A stretch of DNA of 64,000 bases from the NCBI GenBank assembly GCA_963722515.1, contig CAVRMA010000003.1:186635-250634 (forward strand), written 5' to 3'. The number at the start of each line of letters is the position of its first letter. Within the stretch, counting starts at the first letter, position 1. Positions 8,098-20,272 of this stretch are shown one piece after another. Both the position numbers and the translations under genes were made by a program. The notes under the pieces are model-generated. The model was not told where the DNA came from. It saw nothing but the letters and a program-made list of their open reading frames with translations, and searched no databases. The DNA comes from an uncultured Alphaproteobacteria bacterium. GTDB taxonomy: Bacteria > Pseudomonadota > Alphaproteobacteria > Rhizobiales > Beijerinckiaceae.

Positions 8098-10149
8098 ATG
8101 GCGAAAAAGGACAGTGCGAATCCCGGCGCGGAACGTGGGGTGGCCGAAGTCGCCGACGGCCCCTTGCTCGATCTCACCGATGCCGCGGTCAAGCGGATGA
8201 TCAAGCTCGCCAAAAAGCGCGGCTTTGTTACTTACGCCGAATTGAATGCCGTGCTTCCGTCCGAGGAAGTCAATTCCGAGCAAATCGAAGACATTTTAGC
8301 GATGCTGAGCGAGATGGGCATCAATGTCATCGAGAACGAGGAACAGGACGACGCATCGCCCGGAGAATCCGCCGAGGAAGAAGAAGCGGAGGGCGGCGAT
8401 CTCATCGAGGCCGTGCAGGCGAAGCAAGTTACCACGCGTTCGTCCGAACCCGCCGATCGCACCGACGATCCGGTCAGGATGTATCTGCGCGAAATGGGCT
8501 CGGTCGAACTCTTGTCGCGCGAGGGCGAAATCGCTATCGCCAAGCGCATCGAGGCTGGCCGCGAGGCGATGATCGCGGGACTTTGCGAAAGCCCGCTCAC
8601 CTTTCAGGCAATCATTATCTGGCGCGACGAAGTGAACGACAGTAAGGTTTTGTTGCGCGACATCATCGATCTCGAAGCGACCTATTCCGGTCCCGATGGC
8701 AAGAACACCCCCAAGATCGACATGACGGCGCCGGGAGCCGCCGAAGCGCTGGCCGCGCAACAGGCGCCGGCGATCGCGCCGCTCGACCCGCCGGCGCGGC
8801 TGCAGCCCGCAAGCGAGGACGGCGGCCTCGAAGCGCCAGTTCCCGAAGAGGCCTTCGACGAGGAAGACGACATGGACAACTCGGTCTCCCTGTCGGCGAT
8901 GGAATCTGAACTCAAGCCCAAGGTGCTCGAAACGTTCGAGAGGATCGCCAGCGCCTATAAAAAGCTCCGGCGTCTGCAGGATCAAAACGTCGTCAATAAG
9001 CTGAAGAACGAAACCTTAACCCCATCCCAGGAGCGCAAATACAAAACGCTCAAGAAGGAAATCGTGACCTACGTCAAGTCGCTTTCGCTCAATCCGAACC
9101 GGATCGAGGCGCTGGTCGATCAGCTTTACGACATCAACAAGCGCTTGATTGGGCATGAGACAAGGCTGTTGCGGCTGGCCGAGGGATCAGGTGTTAGGCG
9201 CGAGGATTTTCTCAAAAATTACCAGAATTCCGAACTCGACCCGAAATGGCTTTTGCGAGTGTCGAAACTGGGCGGCCGCGGCTGGAAGGATTTCGTTGCC
9301 CGCGCGAAAGAGCAGATCAAGGAGCTGCTTTCGGAAATTCACGGGCTCGCGACCGAGACGGGCCTCGAGATTCAGGAATTTCGCAGAATCGTCCATCTGG
9401 TTCAAAAGGGCGAGCGAGAGGCGCGTCAAGCCAAGAAGGAGATGGTGGAAGCGAATCTCCGCCTCGTGATTTCGATCGCCAAGAAATACACCAATCGTGG
9501 CCTGCAATTCTTGGATTTGATTCAAGAGGGCAATATCGGCCTGATGAAGGCCGTCGATAAATTCGAATACAGGCGCGGCTACAAATTCTCGACCTATGCG
9601 ACCTGGTGGATAAGGCAGGCGATCACCCGCAGCATTGCCGATCAAGCAAGAACGATCCGCATCCCGGTGCATATGATCGAGACGATCAACAAGATCGTGC
9701 GGACTTCGCGCCAGATGCTGCATGAGATCGGCCGCGAACCGACACCCGAGGAACTCGCGGAAAAGCTCGCGATGCCACTCGAAAAAGTGCGCAAGGTCTT
9801 GAAGATCGCCAAGGAGCCGGTCTCTCTCGAAACCCCGATCGGCGACGAGGAGGATTCCCATCTCGGCGATTTCATCGAGGATAAGAATGCGATCTTGCCG
9901 ATCGATGCCGCGATCCAATCGAATCTTCGCGAGACGACAACCCGCGTGCTCGCCTCCTTGACGCCGCGCGAGGAGCGCGTGTTGCGCATGCGCTTCGGGA
10001 TCGGCATGAACACCGATCATACGCTGGAAGAAGTCGGCCAGCAATTCTCGGTGACGCGCGAGCGCATTCGCCAGATCGAAGCCAAGGCGCTCCGCAAGCT
10101 GAAACATCCGTCACGCTCGCGTAAGCTGCGGAGTTTCTTGGATAATTGA
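8098..10149 (+). CDS. rpoD: RNA polymerase sigma factor RpoD
   Basis: [62 protein letters not shown]. Confidence 0.98.
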   Translation: MAKKDSANPGAERGVAEVADGPLLDLTDAAVKRMIKLAKKRGFVTYAELNAVLPSEEVNSEQIEDILAMLSEMGINVIENEEQDDASPGESAEEEEAEGGDLIEAVQAKQVTTRSSEPADRTDDPVRMYLREMGSVELLSREGEIAIAKRIEAGREAMIAGLCESPLTFQAIIIWRDEVNDSKVLLRDIIDLEATYSGPDGKNTPKIDMTAPGAAEALAAQQAPAIAPLDPPARLQPASEDGGLEAPVPEEAFDEEDDMDNSVSLSAMESELKPKVLETFERIASAYKKLRRLQDQNVVNKLKNETLTPSQERKYKTLKKEIVTYVKSLSLNPNRIEALVDQLYDINKRLIGHETRLLRLAEGSGVRREDFLKNYQNSELDPKWLLRVSKLGGRGWKDFVARAKEQIKELLSEIHGLATETGLEIQEFRRIVHLVQKGEREARQAKKEMVEANLRLVISIAKKYTNRGLQFLDLIQEGNIGLMKAVDKFEYRRGYKFSTYATWWIRQAITRSIADQARTIRIPVHMIETINKIVRTSRQMLHEIGREPTPEELAEKLAMPLEKVRKVLKIAKEPVSLETPIGDEEDSHLGDFIEDKNAILPIDAAIQSNLRETTTRVLASLTPREERVLRMRFGIGMNTDHTLEEVGQQFSVTRERIRQIEAKALRKLKHPSRSRKLRSFLDN

Positions 10150-10280
10150 GAGAGGCGCCCGCAAGGGGGGGCATCGCGGCGGGCCATGGCCCGTTCAAGC
10201 TCAAGCGATCAGGCAAGTACTTTAGGGTCTTGGGATCGCCACGTTTGGCGCGGCAGCGGCCGCGACGAAATTGTCAAGGC

Positions 10281-12107
10281 TCAATTTCGGCGAATCGGCA
10301 CAGGGTTTTCGGTGATGCGGACAAAGCCTTGCGCGAGGGCGAGGGGCTTGGCCGCCGCTCCGGTGAAATGGCTGGAATCGAGATCGCTTGGGCCCGCCCC
10401 GAAGGCAGCAACATATTCGGCCGAAGCCCTGTTTGAAAGTGCATCGGGAATGTTGAGGGCTGCCCGGCGCAGGCCGGTGAAGGACTGTCCAAGGATCGAC
10501 TGCGCCGGGAAACTTGCGGTTGAAATATCGCCTGCGAGACCGTGAGGCTTGGCCCGGCCGGGACGCGCCGCCGCGACAGGCGATTGCGTGGCGGGTCCGC
10601 TCATGGAGTCGCCCGGCGTCTTGCCTGGCACCGCTCCGCGCGGATCTTCCACCGGCGTCTCCATTGCGAACGCCAGCACTTGCTTCGGCACGCTCGCGCG
10701 ATCCTTGGGCCCTTGGGTAATCACGACGGGGAGATTTGCCGCGCGTGCCAAGGGCGAATTCGCACTTGATGCGGCAGCGTCACCAACCGTTTCGTACTTG
10801 GTGACACCCTTGGAAGCCTGTGCGCCGCCTTCGCCTTGCGTCTGACCGGCCGCGAGTGCGGCCACGCGTGTGAGTGAGGCCGGCCGCGCGGGCGGGGTTG
10901 GCATATCGGCGAAGGCGACCGCGACATCGCCGGGCTGCGCTGGACGGGGAGGCGGAAGGGGCGCTGTTGTCGCGAAAGCCCCGCGTTTGTCGATCTTTTC
11001 GTCCAGGATTTCCGCCGCCGCGTCCCGCTCTTGCCGCTCGTCGCGGCCTTGCTCGATTGCCGCGTGGGTGCCGCGCAAACTTGGGGCGGAGCTCAAATCC
11101 GCGATGCGTGTCCGGTTCGCGTCCGCCGGGCTTGGCTCGTTTTGGGGTGAATTTTTGCCCGCCGCCGAGGCCGGCGCGACGGTTGCCGCTTGTGCGTTGC
11201 CGCGATCGGCGGGCACGCCTGGATTTGCGGGCGCCGCGCCGGCGGGGCTTTCGCCGTTCATGCGAACCGCGGCGACCTCGGTTCCACCGTGGCGCGCGCG
11301 CGGGGGCGGGACTGCCTGCGGCCCGGCCGCATCTGCTTCATCCTCTTCATCGTGTTTGCCAAATAGCCAGGCGAACAATCCGCCCGGCGCCGCCTGCGGC
11401 ACATCGGACATCACGCCCCCGCGCGAGGCGATTTCGGCGCGAGCCTCCTGATAGCGGGGGAGCGTGCGCCCGTCCGCGGCGAGATGAACCGTCTTGCCAT
11501 CCGGGAAAAGCCGCGCGAGCTGATCGTAGCTCATGCGCGGCCAAGCCCTCACGCCGCCGACGTCGAGATGAACGAAGTTCGAACTCGGATACCAACCGAC
11601 CCCGCCGCGTTGCAGACGCATGCCGATTTCTCGAATTCTTTCCATCGGCATGCCCGGCATGGTCGTATCCATCGCCCTGCCCAGGATATGCTGCGAGTGC
11701 TCGGCGACGCCATGCGAGCGGCGGCGCAGCATCGCGTTGGTTTGCGGCGAGCGGTAGGCCGAAACGATCACAATCGGCTGGGTTGCTCCGGCGGTCCGGT
11801 AGGCCTCCCAGACCACGTCGAACAGGCGCGGATCCATCCGGGTGCGATCGTTATTGCGCCAATCGCGCAGGAACCAATTGAGCTTTTCGAGAACCGCCGG
11901 ATCATAGGAGCCGTTGACGCGGAAGGTCGCCTGGATCGATTCGCCAGTATGGGAATGATAGAGGTTCAACGTGCGGGTGTCACCGTTGGCGGCCGCCGTC
12001 TCGGTCGAGGAAGGAACGACGATGCTCGACAGGAGCGCCGCAACTCCTGCTACGGCAACGAGACAGGTATATCTAATGTGAGCCGGGCGGCGGAGCGATT
12101 TTCGCAA
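10281..12107 (-). CDS. DUF882/YcbK-family (peptidase M15-like) cell-wall protein with low-complexity C-terminus
   Basis: LRDWR, SAYRSPQTN, SQHILGRAMD, FVHLDVG motifs; N-terminal hydrophobic segment. Confidence 0.88.
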   Translation of the reverse strand: MRKSLRRPAHIRYTCLVAVAGVAALLSSIVVPSSTETAAANGDTRTLNLYHSHTGESIQATFRVNGSYDPAVLEKLNWFLRDWRNNDRTRMDPRLFDVVWEAYRTAGATQPIVIVSAYRSPQTNAMLRRRSHGVAEHSQHILGRAMDTTMPGMPMERIREIGMRLQRGGVGWYPSSNFVHLDVGGVRAWPRMSYDQLARLFPDGKTVHLAADGRTLPRYQEARAEIASRGGVMSDVPQAAPGGLFAWLFGKHDEEDEADAAGPQAVPPPRARHGGTEVAAVRMNGESPAGAAPANPGVPADRGNAQAATVAPASAAGKNSPQNEPSPADANRTRIADLSSAPSLRGTHAAIEQGRDERQERDAAAEILDEKIDKRGAFATTAPLPPPRPAQPGDVAVAFADMPTPPARPASLTRVAALAAGQTQGEGGAQASKGVTKYETVGDAAASSANSPLARAANLPVVITQGPKDRASVPKQVLAFAMETPVEDPRGAVPGKTPGDSMSGPATQSPVAAARPGRAKPHGLAGDISTASFPAQSILGQSFTGLRRAALNIPDALSNRASAEYVAAFGAGPSDLDSSHFTGAAAKPLALAQGFVRITENPVPIRRN

Positions 12108-12611
12108 GTGAAATCTCGCGGTTTTGGTTGGACGGAACTGGCCTTGCTACGTGAGGCGCCGCAAATCGATGTTGAAGCCAACTCACCGGTATTGAAGCGA
12201 ACTCATATATGATTTTGCGAACTTTTGCCGCTAGCGGTTAGCGGCCCGTAACGAGCTCTTAACCCTCCCCTCATTGATAAATCGCCAACCATTGCAGCCG
12301 CTATCATTCACCAAATAAAGTGGCAAATATGGCGAGCCTATGTCGGATCTGGCGCGGAGATTTCGCGGTTCGAATTTCGGTCGCGTCTTCCAGGCGTTAA
12401 TATTTTGTGGCGGGCGTTTTCAAGAATTGATGGCGCGGCTTCCCGGAGGCAATTGCCGCCGCCGGCGCGCGTTCAGGACAGTGTATCACCTCTGGCCTCG
12501 CTTCCATATCTTATTTCGATCTTATTTCGTTGGGGTTTAATGAGGAGGCAGGCTAGCCGCCTATGATGCGGCTTGGCAAATCTGTGGCGGGGATCCTTTG
12601 GAGAGGGTACA

Positions 12612-14120
12612 ATGGCCGGATTCGATGTCGATCTCTTCGTGATCGGCGCGGGATCTGGCGGCGTGCGCGCCGCCCGGATCGCGGCGGCCCATGGCGCCAA
12701 AGTCATGGTCGCGGAGGAATTCCGCATCGGCGGGACTTGCGTGATCCGCGGCTGCGTGCCGAAAAAGCTCATGGTCTATGCCAGCCGGTACAATGACCAT
12801 TTTGAGGACGCGGCGGGGTTTGGCTGGACTCTTGCCGCGCCGTCCTTCGACTGGCCACGACTTGTCGCCGCGAAGGAAAAGGAAATCTCCCGCCTTTCCG
12901 CGATCTATCGCGACAATCTCGCCAAAGCGGGCATCGCCATTGAAGACGGCCGCGCGGAAATCGAGGATGCTCATAGCGTGCGTCTTCTCGCTGGCGGCCG
13001 CAAGGTGAGCGCGCGAATTATCCTCATCAGTACCGGGGCCGCGCCGTTTCTCGAACCTGACGTTCCGGGGCGCGAATATGCGATCACCTCGAACGAGGTG
13101 TTTGATCTCCCGGAATTGCCAAAGCGTATGCTAATCATCGGAGGCGGCTATATCGCGGTGGAATTCGCCTCGATTTTCGCGCGGCTCGGCACGGACGTTT
13201 CCCTTGCCACGCGGGGCGAAAATATCTTGCGCGGTTTCGACGACGATATGCGGACCGGCCTGCGCGAGGGGCTCGTAAACGCCGGCGTCAAGCTCTACTT
13301 CGGCATGCTGCCCACGCGCATCGAAAAGGCGCCAACGGGCGTTCGTGTGAGTTTGACGAAGGGCGCGCGGCTCGACGCCGATCAGGTGATGATCGCGACC
13401 GGCAGGCGCCCAAACACGCCGGGACTTGGTTTAGAGAAGGCTGGCGTCGAACGCGACAGCCTGGGAGCGGTGAAGGTCGATGCCTTTTCGAAAACGAATG
13501 TCGAGTCGATCTATGCTGTCGGCGATGTCACCAACAGGGTCGCCCTGACGCCTGTCGCCATTCGCGAGGGGCACGCTTTCGCCGAGACGGTTTTTGGCGG
13601 CGGGCCGGAGGCCGTTGTGCACAGCAATATACCGACCGCCGTCTTCACGACGCCGGAACTCGGGTGTGTTGGGCTTACCGAAGCGGAGGCGCGCGCAAAA
13701 TTCGATTGCGTCGATATTTATCTGGCGAGCTTCCGCCCGTTGAAGGCAGCCCTCTCCGGGCGGGCGGAGAAAACCTTGATGAAGATCGTCGCCGATGGCG
13801 CGAGGGACCGAGTCCTCGGCGTGCATATTCTCGGCGAGGATGCGAGCGAGATGGCGCAACTTTTGGGAATCGCCGTTAAAATGGGCGCCAAAAAGGCTGA
13901 TTTCGACGCGACGATGGCGCTGCATCCGACGTCGGCGGAAGAACTCGTCACCATGCGCACGCGGACGGCGCGGTTCGAGCGGGAGATCCCCGGCCCGGAA
14001 GGGCCAGAGCTCTGGGCCGCTCGACGAGGGGTAGCGTATCCGTTTCCATGTTCCATTTTCAAAAACCTCTGTATAAGGCATTTTCGAATTCGCAATGTTT
14101 TGGCGCCGCCCCGGAAGTGA
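12612..14120 (+). CDS. gor: Glutathione-disulfide reductase (C-terminal tail possibly frameshift-extended)
   Basis: GAGSGG, GGTCVIRGCVPKK redox disulfide, GGGYIAVE, HPTSAEE. Confidence 0.95.
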   Translation: MAGFDVDLFVIGAGSGGVRAARIAAAHGAKVMVAEEFRIGGTCVIRGCVPKKLMVYASRYNDHFEDAAGFGWTLAAPSFDWPRLVAAKEKEISRLSAIYRDNLAKAGIAIEDGRAEIEDAHSVRLLAGGRKVSARIILISTGAAPFLEPDVPGREYAITSNEVFDLPELPKRMLIIGGGYIAVEFASIFARLGTDVSLATRGENILRGFDDDMRTGLREGLVNAGVKLYFGMLPTRIEKAPTGVRVSLTKGARLDADQVMIATGRRPNTPGLGLEKAGVERDSLGAVKVDAFSKTNVESIYAVGDVTNRVALTPVAIREGHAFAETVFGGGPEAVVHSNIPTAVFTTPELGCVGLTEAEARAKFDCVDIYLASFRPLKAALSGRAEKTLMKIVADGARDRVLGVHILGEDASEMAQLLGIAVKMGAKKADFDATMALHPTSAEELVTMRTRTARFEREIPGPEGPELWAARRGVAYPFPCSIFKNLCIRHFRIRNVLAPPRK

Positions 14121-14126
14121 AAGAAC

Positions 14127-15509
14127 ATGCCCATGGAATGCTGGTCGCCCGCCAGTTGGAGACGCAAACCGATCGAGCAATCGCCAGATTATGCCGACAA
14201 GGCAGCGCTGGCCGAGGTCGAGCGTCAGCTCGCGGGCTTTCCGCCGCTGGTCTTCGCGGGCGAGGCGCGCAAGCTGAAGCGTATGCTGGGCAAGGCCGCC
14301 GCGGGCGAAGCTTTTCTTTTGCAAGGCGGCGATTGCGCCGAGAGTTTTGCCGAACACGCCGCCGACAATATCCGGGATTTTTTCCGGGTGTTTCTGCAAA
14401 TGGCCGTGGTCACGACTTTCGCCGCCGCCCTGCCGGTGGTGAAGCTCGGCCGCATTGCCGGTCAGTTCGCCAAACCGCGTTCGTCGCCGGGCGAAACGGT
14501 AGACGGGGTCGAGCTGCCGAGCTACCGCGGCGACATCGTGAATGACATCGCGTTTGACGCCCGCGCGCGCGCGCCTGACCCCGCCCGCCAGCTGATGGCT
14601 TACCGGCAGTCGGCGGCAACCCTGAATTTGCTTCGTGCTTTTGCCACGGGCGGATATGCCAATCTCGAAAACGCGCATGGCTGGATGCTCGGCTTCATCA
14701 AGGACAGCCCGCAGTCCGCCCGCTACCAGGAACTCGCGGACCGGATCACCGAGACACTGGGGTTTATGCGCGCGATTGGCCTCGATCCCGAGGCGCATCA
14801 GGAATTGCGCCAGACCGAGTTTTATACCTCGCACGAGGCTTTGCTGCTCGGCTACGAAGAAGCGCTGACCCGGATCGATTCGACGACCGGCGATCATTAT
14901 GCGACTTCGGGTCATATGCTCTGGATCGGCGACCGCACCCGCCATCCGGGCCATGCTCATGTGGAATATGCGCGCGGGGTCAAAAACCCTCTCGGGCTCA
15001 AATGCGGCCCCACGCTTTCGCAAGACGAGTTGCTGCGGCTCGTTGACATTCTCAATCCGGCGAACGAACCCGGCCGTCTCACCTTGATTTGCCGGTTTGG
15101 CGCCGGCAAGGCGGCCGATCGTCTGCCGGGTCTGATCCGCGCCTTGAAACGGGAAGGGCGGAGTGCAGTTTGGTCCTGCGATCCGATGCACGGCAATACG
15201 GTTAAGGCCGCGGGGGGCTACAAAACGCGGCCATTCGACAGGATCGTGAACGAGATCCGCACGTTTTTTTCGATCCACCGCGCGGAGGGCACGTACGCCG
15301 GTGGCTTGCATCTCGAAATGACCGGAAAGAACGTCACCGAATGCACCGGCGGCGCGCGGGCCATCTCGGAGGCGGACCTGCATGACCGTTACCATACTTA
15401 TTGCGATCCAAGGCTCAATGCCGAGCAGGCGATCGAAGTGGCCTTTCTCGTCGCCGAGCTCTTGAAGGCGGAACGGATCGAGCGCGGCCGCGCCGATGCC
15501 GCGGAGTGA
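14127..15509 (+). CDS. Class II 3-deoxy-7-phosphoheptulonate (DAHP) synthase
   Basis: [41 protein letters not shown]. Confidence 0.96.
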   Translation: MPMECWSPASWRRKPIEQSPDYADKAALAEVERQLAGFPPLVFAGEARKLKRMLGKAAAGEAFLLQGGDCAESFAEHAADNIRDFFRVFLQMAVVTTFAAALPVVKLGRIAGQFAKPRSSPGETVDGVELPSYRGDIVNDIAFDARARAPDPARQLMAYRQSAATLNLLRAFATGGYANLENAHGWMLGFIKDSPQSARYQELADRITETLGFMRAIGLDPEAHQELRQTEFYTSHEALLLGYEEALTRIDSTTGDHYATSGHMLWIGDRTRHPGHAHVEYARGVKNPLGLKCGPTLSQDELLRLVDILNPANEPGRLTLICRFGAGKAADRLPGLIRALKREGRSAVWSCDPMHGNTVKAAGGYKTRPFDRIVNEIRTFFSIHRAEGTYAGGLHLEMTGKNVTECTGGARAISEADLHDRYHTYCDPRLNAEQAIEVAFLVAELLKAERIERGRADAAE

Positions 15510-15541
15510 CTCCTGGCGGAGCCGGCGGACGAGGTCCCTTT

Positions 15542-17289
15542 ATGACGACGCGCCAGAATGCCCCCGCGAACCGTCTCGTCATTGGCCTGGCGCAGATTGA
15601 TTGCACGGTCGGAGATATAGCAGGGAACCTTGCGCGCGTACGCGCCGCGCGCGCCGAGGCGGCCCGCTTTAGCGCCGATCTCGTGATGTTTTCCGAACTT
15701 TTCATCGCGGGCTATCCACCCGAGGACCTCGTCTTAAAGCCGGCCTTCGTCGAGGCGTGCCGTGCTGGTTGCGAAGAGATCGCGGCTGAAACTGCCGATG
15801 GCGGACCGGCGATTCTCGTTGGCCTGCCGTGGGGAGAAAATGGGCATTGCTACAACGCCTATGCTCTCCTCGACAAAGGCCGCATCGAGGCGATCCGTTT
15901 CAAGGCCGATTTGCCGAATTATGGGGTGTTCGACGAAAAGCGCGTGTTCGCGCCGGGGCCGCTGCCGGGGCCTATCTCCTTCAAGGGCGTGCGCATCGGT
16001 GTTCCCATCTGCGAGGATATTTGGGGACCTGGCCCGGCCGCATGCCTCGCCGCCGCGGGCAGCGAAATTCTTCTTGTTCCCAACGGCTCGCCTTACTGGC
16101 GCGGCAAGACGGACGAGCGGTTTTCGGTCGCCGCCACGCGAGTTGCCGAGACCAAATTGCCGCTCGTTTACCTCAATCAGTTCGGCGGCCAGGACGAGCT
16201 TGTCTTCGATGGCGCCTCCTTTGGATTGAGTGCCGACTGTTCCCGCGCGTTCCAGCTCCCAGCTTTTTCGGCCACTGTCGCGAAGACGGTATGGGAGCGT
16301 GGAACAAAGGGTTTTGTTTGTGTCGAAGGACCGCGTTGCGTCATCGAAGAGGGCGACGAAGCCGATTACGCCGCCTGTGTCCTCGGCCTTCGCGATTATG
16401 TGAATAAGAATGGTTTTCCTGGTGTCATCATGGGCCTATCGGGGGGATCGATTCAGCGCTTTGCGCGGCGATGGCGGTTGATGCGCTTGGACCAGAGCGC
16501 GTCCATTGCGTCATGCTGCCTTATCGCTTTACCTCGAACGAATCGCTGATGGACGCCGAGGCGTGCGCGCGCGCGCTAAACGTTCGCTACGATATTCTGC
16601 CAATCGCGCCGGCGGTCGAAGGTTTTGAAAAGGTCCTTGCGCAAATCTTCACGGGCACTAATGCGGATATCACGGAGGAAAACATCCAAAGCCGCGCGCG
16701 TGGCACGCTATTGATGGCGATTTCCAACAAATTGGGCTTGATGCTCGTGACGACCGGCAACAAGTCGGAAATGTCGGTCGGCTACGCAACGATCTATGGC
16801 GATATGAACGGCGGTTTCAATCCGGTCAAGGATCTTTATAAGATGGAGGTTTTTCGCCTCGCGGGGCTCCGCAATCGCTGGAAGCCCAAAGGCGCGCTTG
16901 GACCGTACGGCGAGTTGATCGCGCGAAATATCCTGACCAAACTGCCGTCCGCGGAATTGCGCGAGAACCAGAAGGATCAAGATTCGTTGCCGCCCTATGA
17001 AGTGCTGGATGCGATCCTCGAAGGGCTTGTCGAAAAAGAAATGCGCGTTGGCGATGTCGCCGCCCTGGGTCACGATCTCGAAACCGTGCGGAAAATCGAG
17101 AGGCTTCTTTATCTTGCCGAATACAAACGGCGCCAGGCGGCCCCGGGCGTCAAGGTGACAAGGAAGAATTTTGGCCGCGACAGGCGCTATCCGATCGTCA
17201 ATAAGTTTCGCGATCCGGGGCTCGCGACGCGGTCATCCGATGCCGTAAGCAAGGCAGATCCGTTGACGACGGCGCGGTTCGAAGAGTGA
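15542..17289 (+). pseudogene. nadE: Glutamine-dependent NAD+ synthetase, frameshifted at a G6 run (16441-16446)
   Basis: Nitrilase domain (GYPPEDL, ICEDIW) then GLSGG[fs]IDS, ENIQSRARG, TGNKSE, PSAELRENQKDQDSL; one extra G would restore the frame. Confidence 0.9.
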
Positions 17290-17307
17290 ACCGGCGCGCC
17301 GGTTTTT
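17289..17307 (+). terminator. Putative intrinsic terminator after nadE
   Basis: AACCGGCGCGCCGGTTTTT hairpin plus T-run. Confidence 0.5.
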
Positions 17308-17398
17308 CCGGCCGGACGGCAGTTGCGGAGATTGCGGTCTAAAAACACGCTCGGGGCGCCCACGATCTCAGTTGCTAATCCTCGCTAGGGATGTTCGT

Positions 17399-17700
17399 AT
17401 GAGTTTTCTTACGAAGCTTCCTAAGGAACGTTACAGCAGCGACGGTTTTGCCGGCTTTGTTGGTCAACGGCAATTCAATCTTGGTGATGGGAAAGCCTTC
17501 GCGTGGATGTCGCAGCTTGCCTACGAGACTGACGAGCCGGAGAAGATAAAGGACATTTTGCATGTCTGGGGAATGACGCCGCTCGGCGACGGAATACTCG
17601 CCGCGGAAGTTAACGCGGCTCTGCCACTTGCAAGCACCTGTGCTATTGTTGCGGTGGGGCGAGGAACTACAATTGTCGCATTTGCCGGCACAGTATCCGT
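17399..17700 (+). pseudogene. N-terminal fragment of a class-3 lipase-like protein
   Basis: MSQLAYE...TIVAFAGT motifs; no GHSLG follows, and the frame runs antisense into the convergent gene. Confidence 0.55.
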
Positions 17701-17767
17701 TGGTGCTGGAGCCCCGCCTGGAAATCTACATCGAGGGGATGGCAGATACTGTAGAACTACGCATGCC

Positions 17768-20054
17768 TCATTCCAGTGCCAGGTCGTGGCGCCACTCACT
17801 GCCCATGTTGTCATCGGTGATCACATCCCTACCGGCGCTGCGGACCAGAATTTCCGCGCAGGTCTCGATGACCTTGCCGCCGGTTGCGTTCGCACCTGGC
17901 AACAGATCCTTCTCCAGAGCCATGAAGCGCTCGAGGATCTCGCGGTCTTTGGGATGGCCCGGATCGATCTCAATCCGGTCGTCGATCCTATAATTTTCCA
18001 GCGTCCGCCGCCACCGGCCGAAGTCCCAGGCGATGGGCGATAGCGACACCACCATGTGGTTGGTAAAGCGCGCGCCGTAGGGAAAGCTCAGGCAAGCGGT
18101 GCGCTGAACACGAGAAGAACCAGTGGTGTTATAGAAGAAGATGCCACCTGGTTTCAGATGGTCCTTGATGAGGGCGAGGAATTCGACCGACAGCGGGTTA
18201 CTGACATTGGCCCGGAAATAGAAGGTCGTGTTGGAGACGACGGCATCGAATTGACGGTCCGGATTTAACCGCAACCACCGCCGCCCGTCGTCGGTGATCA
18301 CCGTGACTTTGGGATTGGCAAGCACGGATGCCACGGCCGGGGTGTCCTGGATCAGCCGCAGGTAGCCTGGATTGATCTCGACGACGGTCAGCGACGCGAC
18401 GGCGGGATTGTTGGCGATGACCTGTGCCCACGAACCGGACGAGAGTCCGATCATCAGCACGTCGTGCGGGGCCGGATGGAACAGACTTGACGCATAGGGG
18501 CGTAAGATGCCGTTGACGTCCTGCGTCAGGCCGGTACTGAACCGGCCGTCGTACATACCGTTGCCAAATACTGCGCCGCTCTGGTCGACGGTAATGATGC
18601 CGCTGCGGTTCTCCACCACCCGGACAATTGGTGGCCTGGCTGTGCGGCTGCCCGCCCGCATCAAGTGGTCGTGCAGATCGATGGTGAGTACCGGAAGGGC
18701 CAGCGGGCCAACCACGGCCAAGCCGGCCGTCAGGCCGATCCTGAAATGCTTCGCCCGTCGCGGCAGCGGCGTCACAGCGCTAAGTAGCATGGCACAGGCC
18801 AAGCCCCCTACGACCAGTGTCCCGGCGATTTCCACCAGCCCCAGCCGGTCCATTAGGACGAACCCGACCAAGATGCTGCCGCTCGCCGAGCCAAGAATGT
18901 TGGTTAGGTAGAGTAGCGCCGTGCGCATGCCGGCCCGCTCATCGGCGGCCACCCCGAGATGGGCGAGACAGGGCAGCAAGCTGCCCCAATGGCGAGCCAC
19001 CAAGTAGATCATAAACAAGGCCACACCCAGTATGCCGGCCCCCAGCCATGCCAAATGGCCCAGCAGCGGCAGGAAAAGGAACCCAAGCAGGGTGGCGGCG
19101 GTCACGTCGCGCAGCACCCGGTGGATCGCCTCGTCGACTGACTTGCGGCAACTCTCGGTTGCCTTGCGCGAGCCGGACGCCAGGCCGATGAGGAAGGCGC
19201 CCAGCGTGAGGGCGAAGGCAGTGGCGCTGCTGCCGGTGGCGAAGGAAACCGTGTGGAAAAAGAAGATTTCGTACGACAGTGATACCAAACCGCCGACAAA
19301 GGCCAGAGCCATCACCGGCACGAAACCGAGCGCAGGCTTGGCCCCGGACAAACTTGCCAAGGACGTTGACTCGCTGCCACTACCGGATGAGCGATCGCGC
19401 CAATAGGCGGCCAGCGCGCCTAGCGCCACCGCACCGTTCATCGCCACGGCCACGCCGACAGACTCTTGCATGCCGAGGAATGGAAATAACAGGATCGTGG
19501 AAATCAGACATGCGGCCCCCGCGCCCAGGGTGTTGACGTAGTAGAGTAACCCAACCGAACCGCCAACATTTCCCGGACCGGCGCACCAAATGGCCGACGA
19601 GCACCGGCAAGGTGGCCCCCATCAAAAGAGTTGGAACGGCGACCAACCCTAGGGCCGCGGCGGCCTCCAAAGGCAAGGGAAGGCCCGAGGCAAGCGCGCC
19701 AACTTTGTCGAAAATACTGAGCGACACCAGGCCGAAGGCACCTGTCAACAGTTCGATGCCGGCGAGAAGGGGTAACAAGGGTATCGCTTGCCATTTTGAG
19801 AGGATGCCGCCTAGCAAGCTGCCCAATCCCAGACCGAGCATGAACGCGGTGACGACAATGGTTACCGATTCGATGTTGACGCCGAAAACACGGAAGAGGG
19901 CCCGCTGCCACGTCAGCTGGTAGATCAGGTCGGGAAAGCCCGAAAAAAAGAAAAGAACGCAAAGGAAGCGGGTCCACTGGGACTTGTAATCGCCCCGGAA
20001 CGCCCAATTCCACACGGACGCTAAAGAGAATCTACATATCGTCGTTGCAATCAT
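17768..20054 (-). pseudogene. Fused MFS/spermidine synthase-like protein, one frameshift near 19570
   Basis: LFFFSGFPDLIYQLTWQRAL, VPTLLMGATLPVL, SAM-binding IGLSSGSW, VVEINPGY, DDGRRWL; start uncertain. Confidence 0.85.
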
Positions 20055-20272
20055 CGCAATCAACTGGTGGGTTGGCACGCACTTGGAAATAGGATTTAAA
20101 GCCCGGATCACCGCAAGCCCGGAACGGGCACGTTTGGTGATTTCCCTAAGGCGACACTCATATGAACACCCTTTGTGGGCGCGCAGTGTGTAATATTCTC
20201 TTAAACGGCCGCCAACGCTGATCTTTCAGCTTGATCCTAGAACCCGGTTTTTGGAGGTATTTTGTCCGCCGT

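Noticed and set aside
8852-8860. CCTTCGAC in rpoD (and in gor near 12845) as family A inserts
   Set aside because: Not followed by CTCAGG, and they encode ordinary in-frame residues
13980-14120. Novel C-terminal domain on Gor
   Set aside because: The tail runs through AT-richer intergenic-looking DNA and a TAG lies at 14032-14034 in another frame; likely an indel
13431-15395. Long antisense ORFs (also 3434..4894, 9187..10107, 39385..41016)
   Set aside because: Shadow frames of GC-rich, well-supported genes, with no motifs of their own
16441-16446. Programmed frameshift or phase variation in nadE
   Set aside because: G6 is short and lies in the conserved SGGIDS motif; sequencing error or simple mutation is more parsimonious
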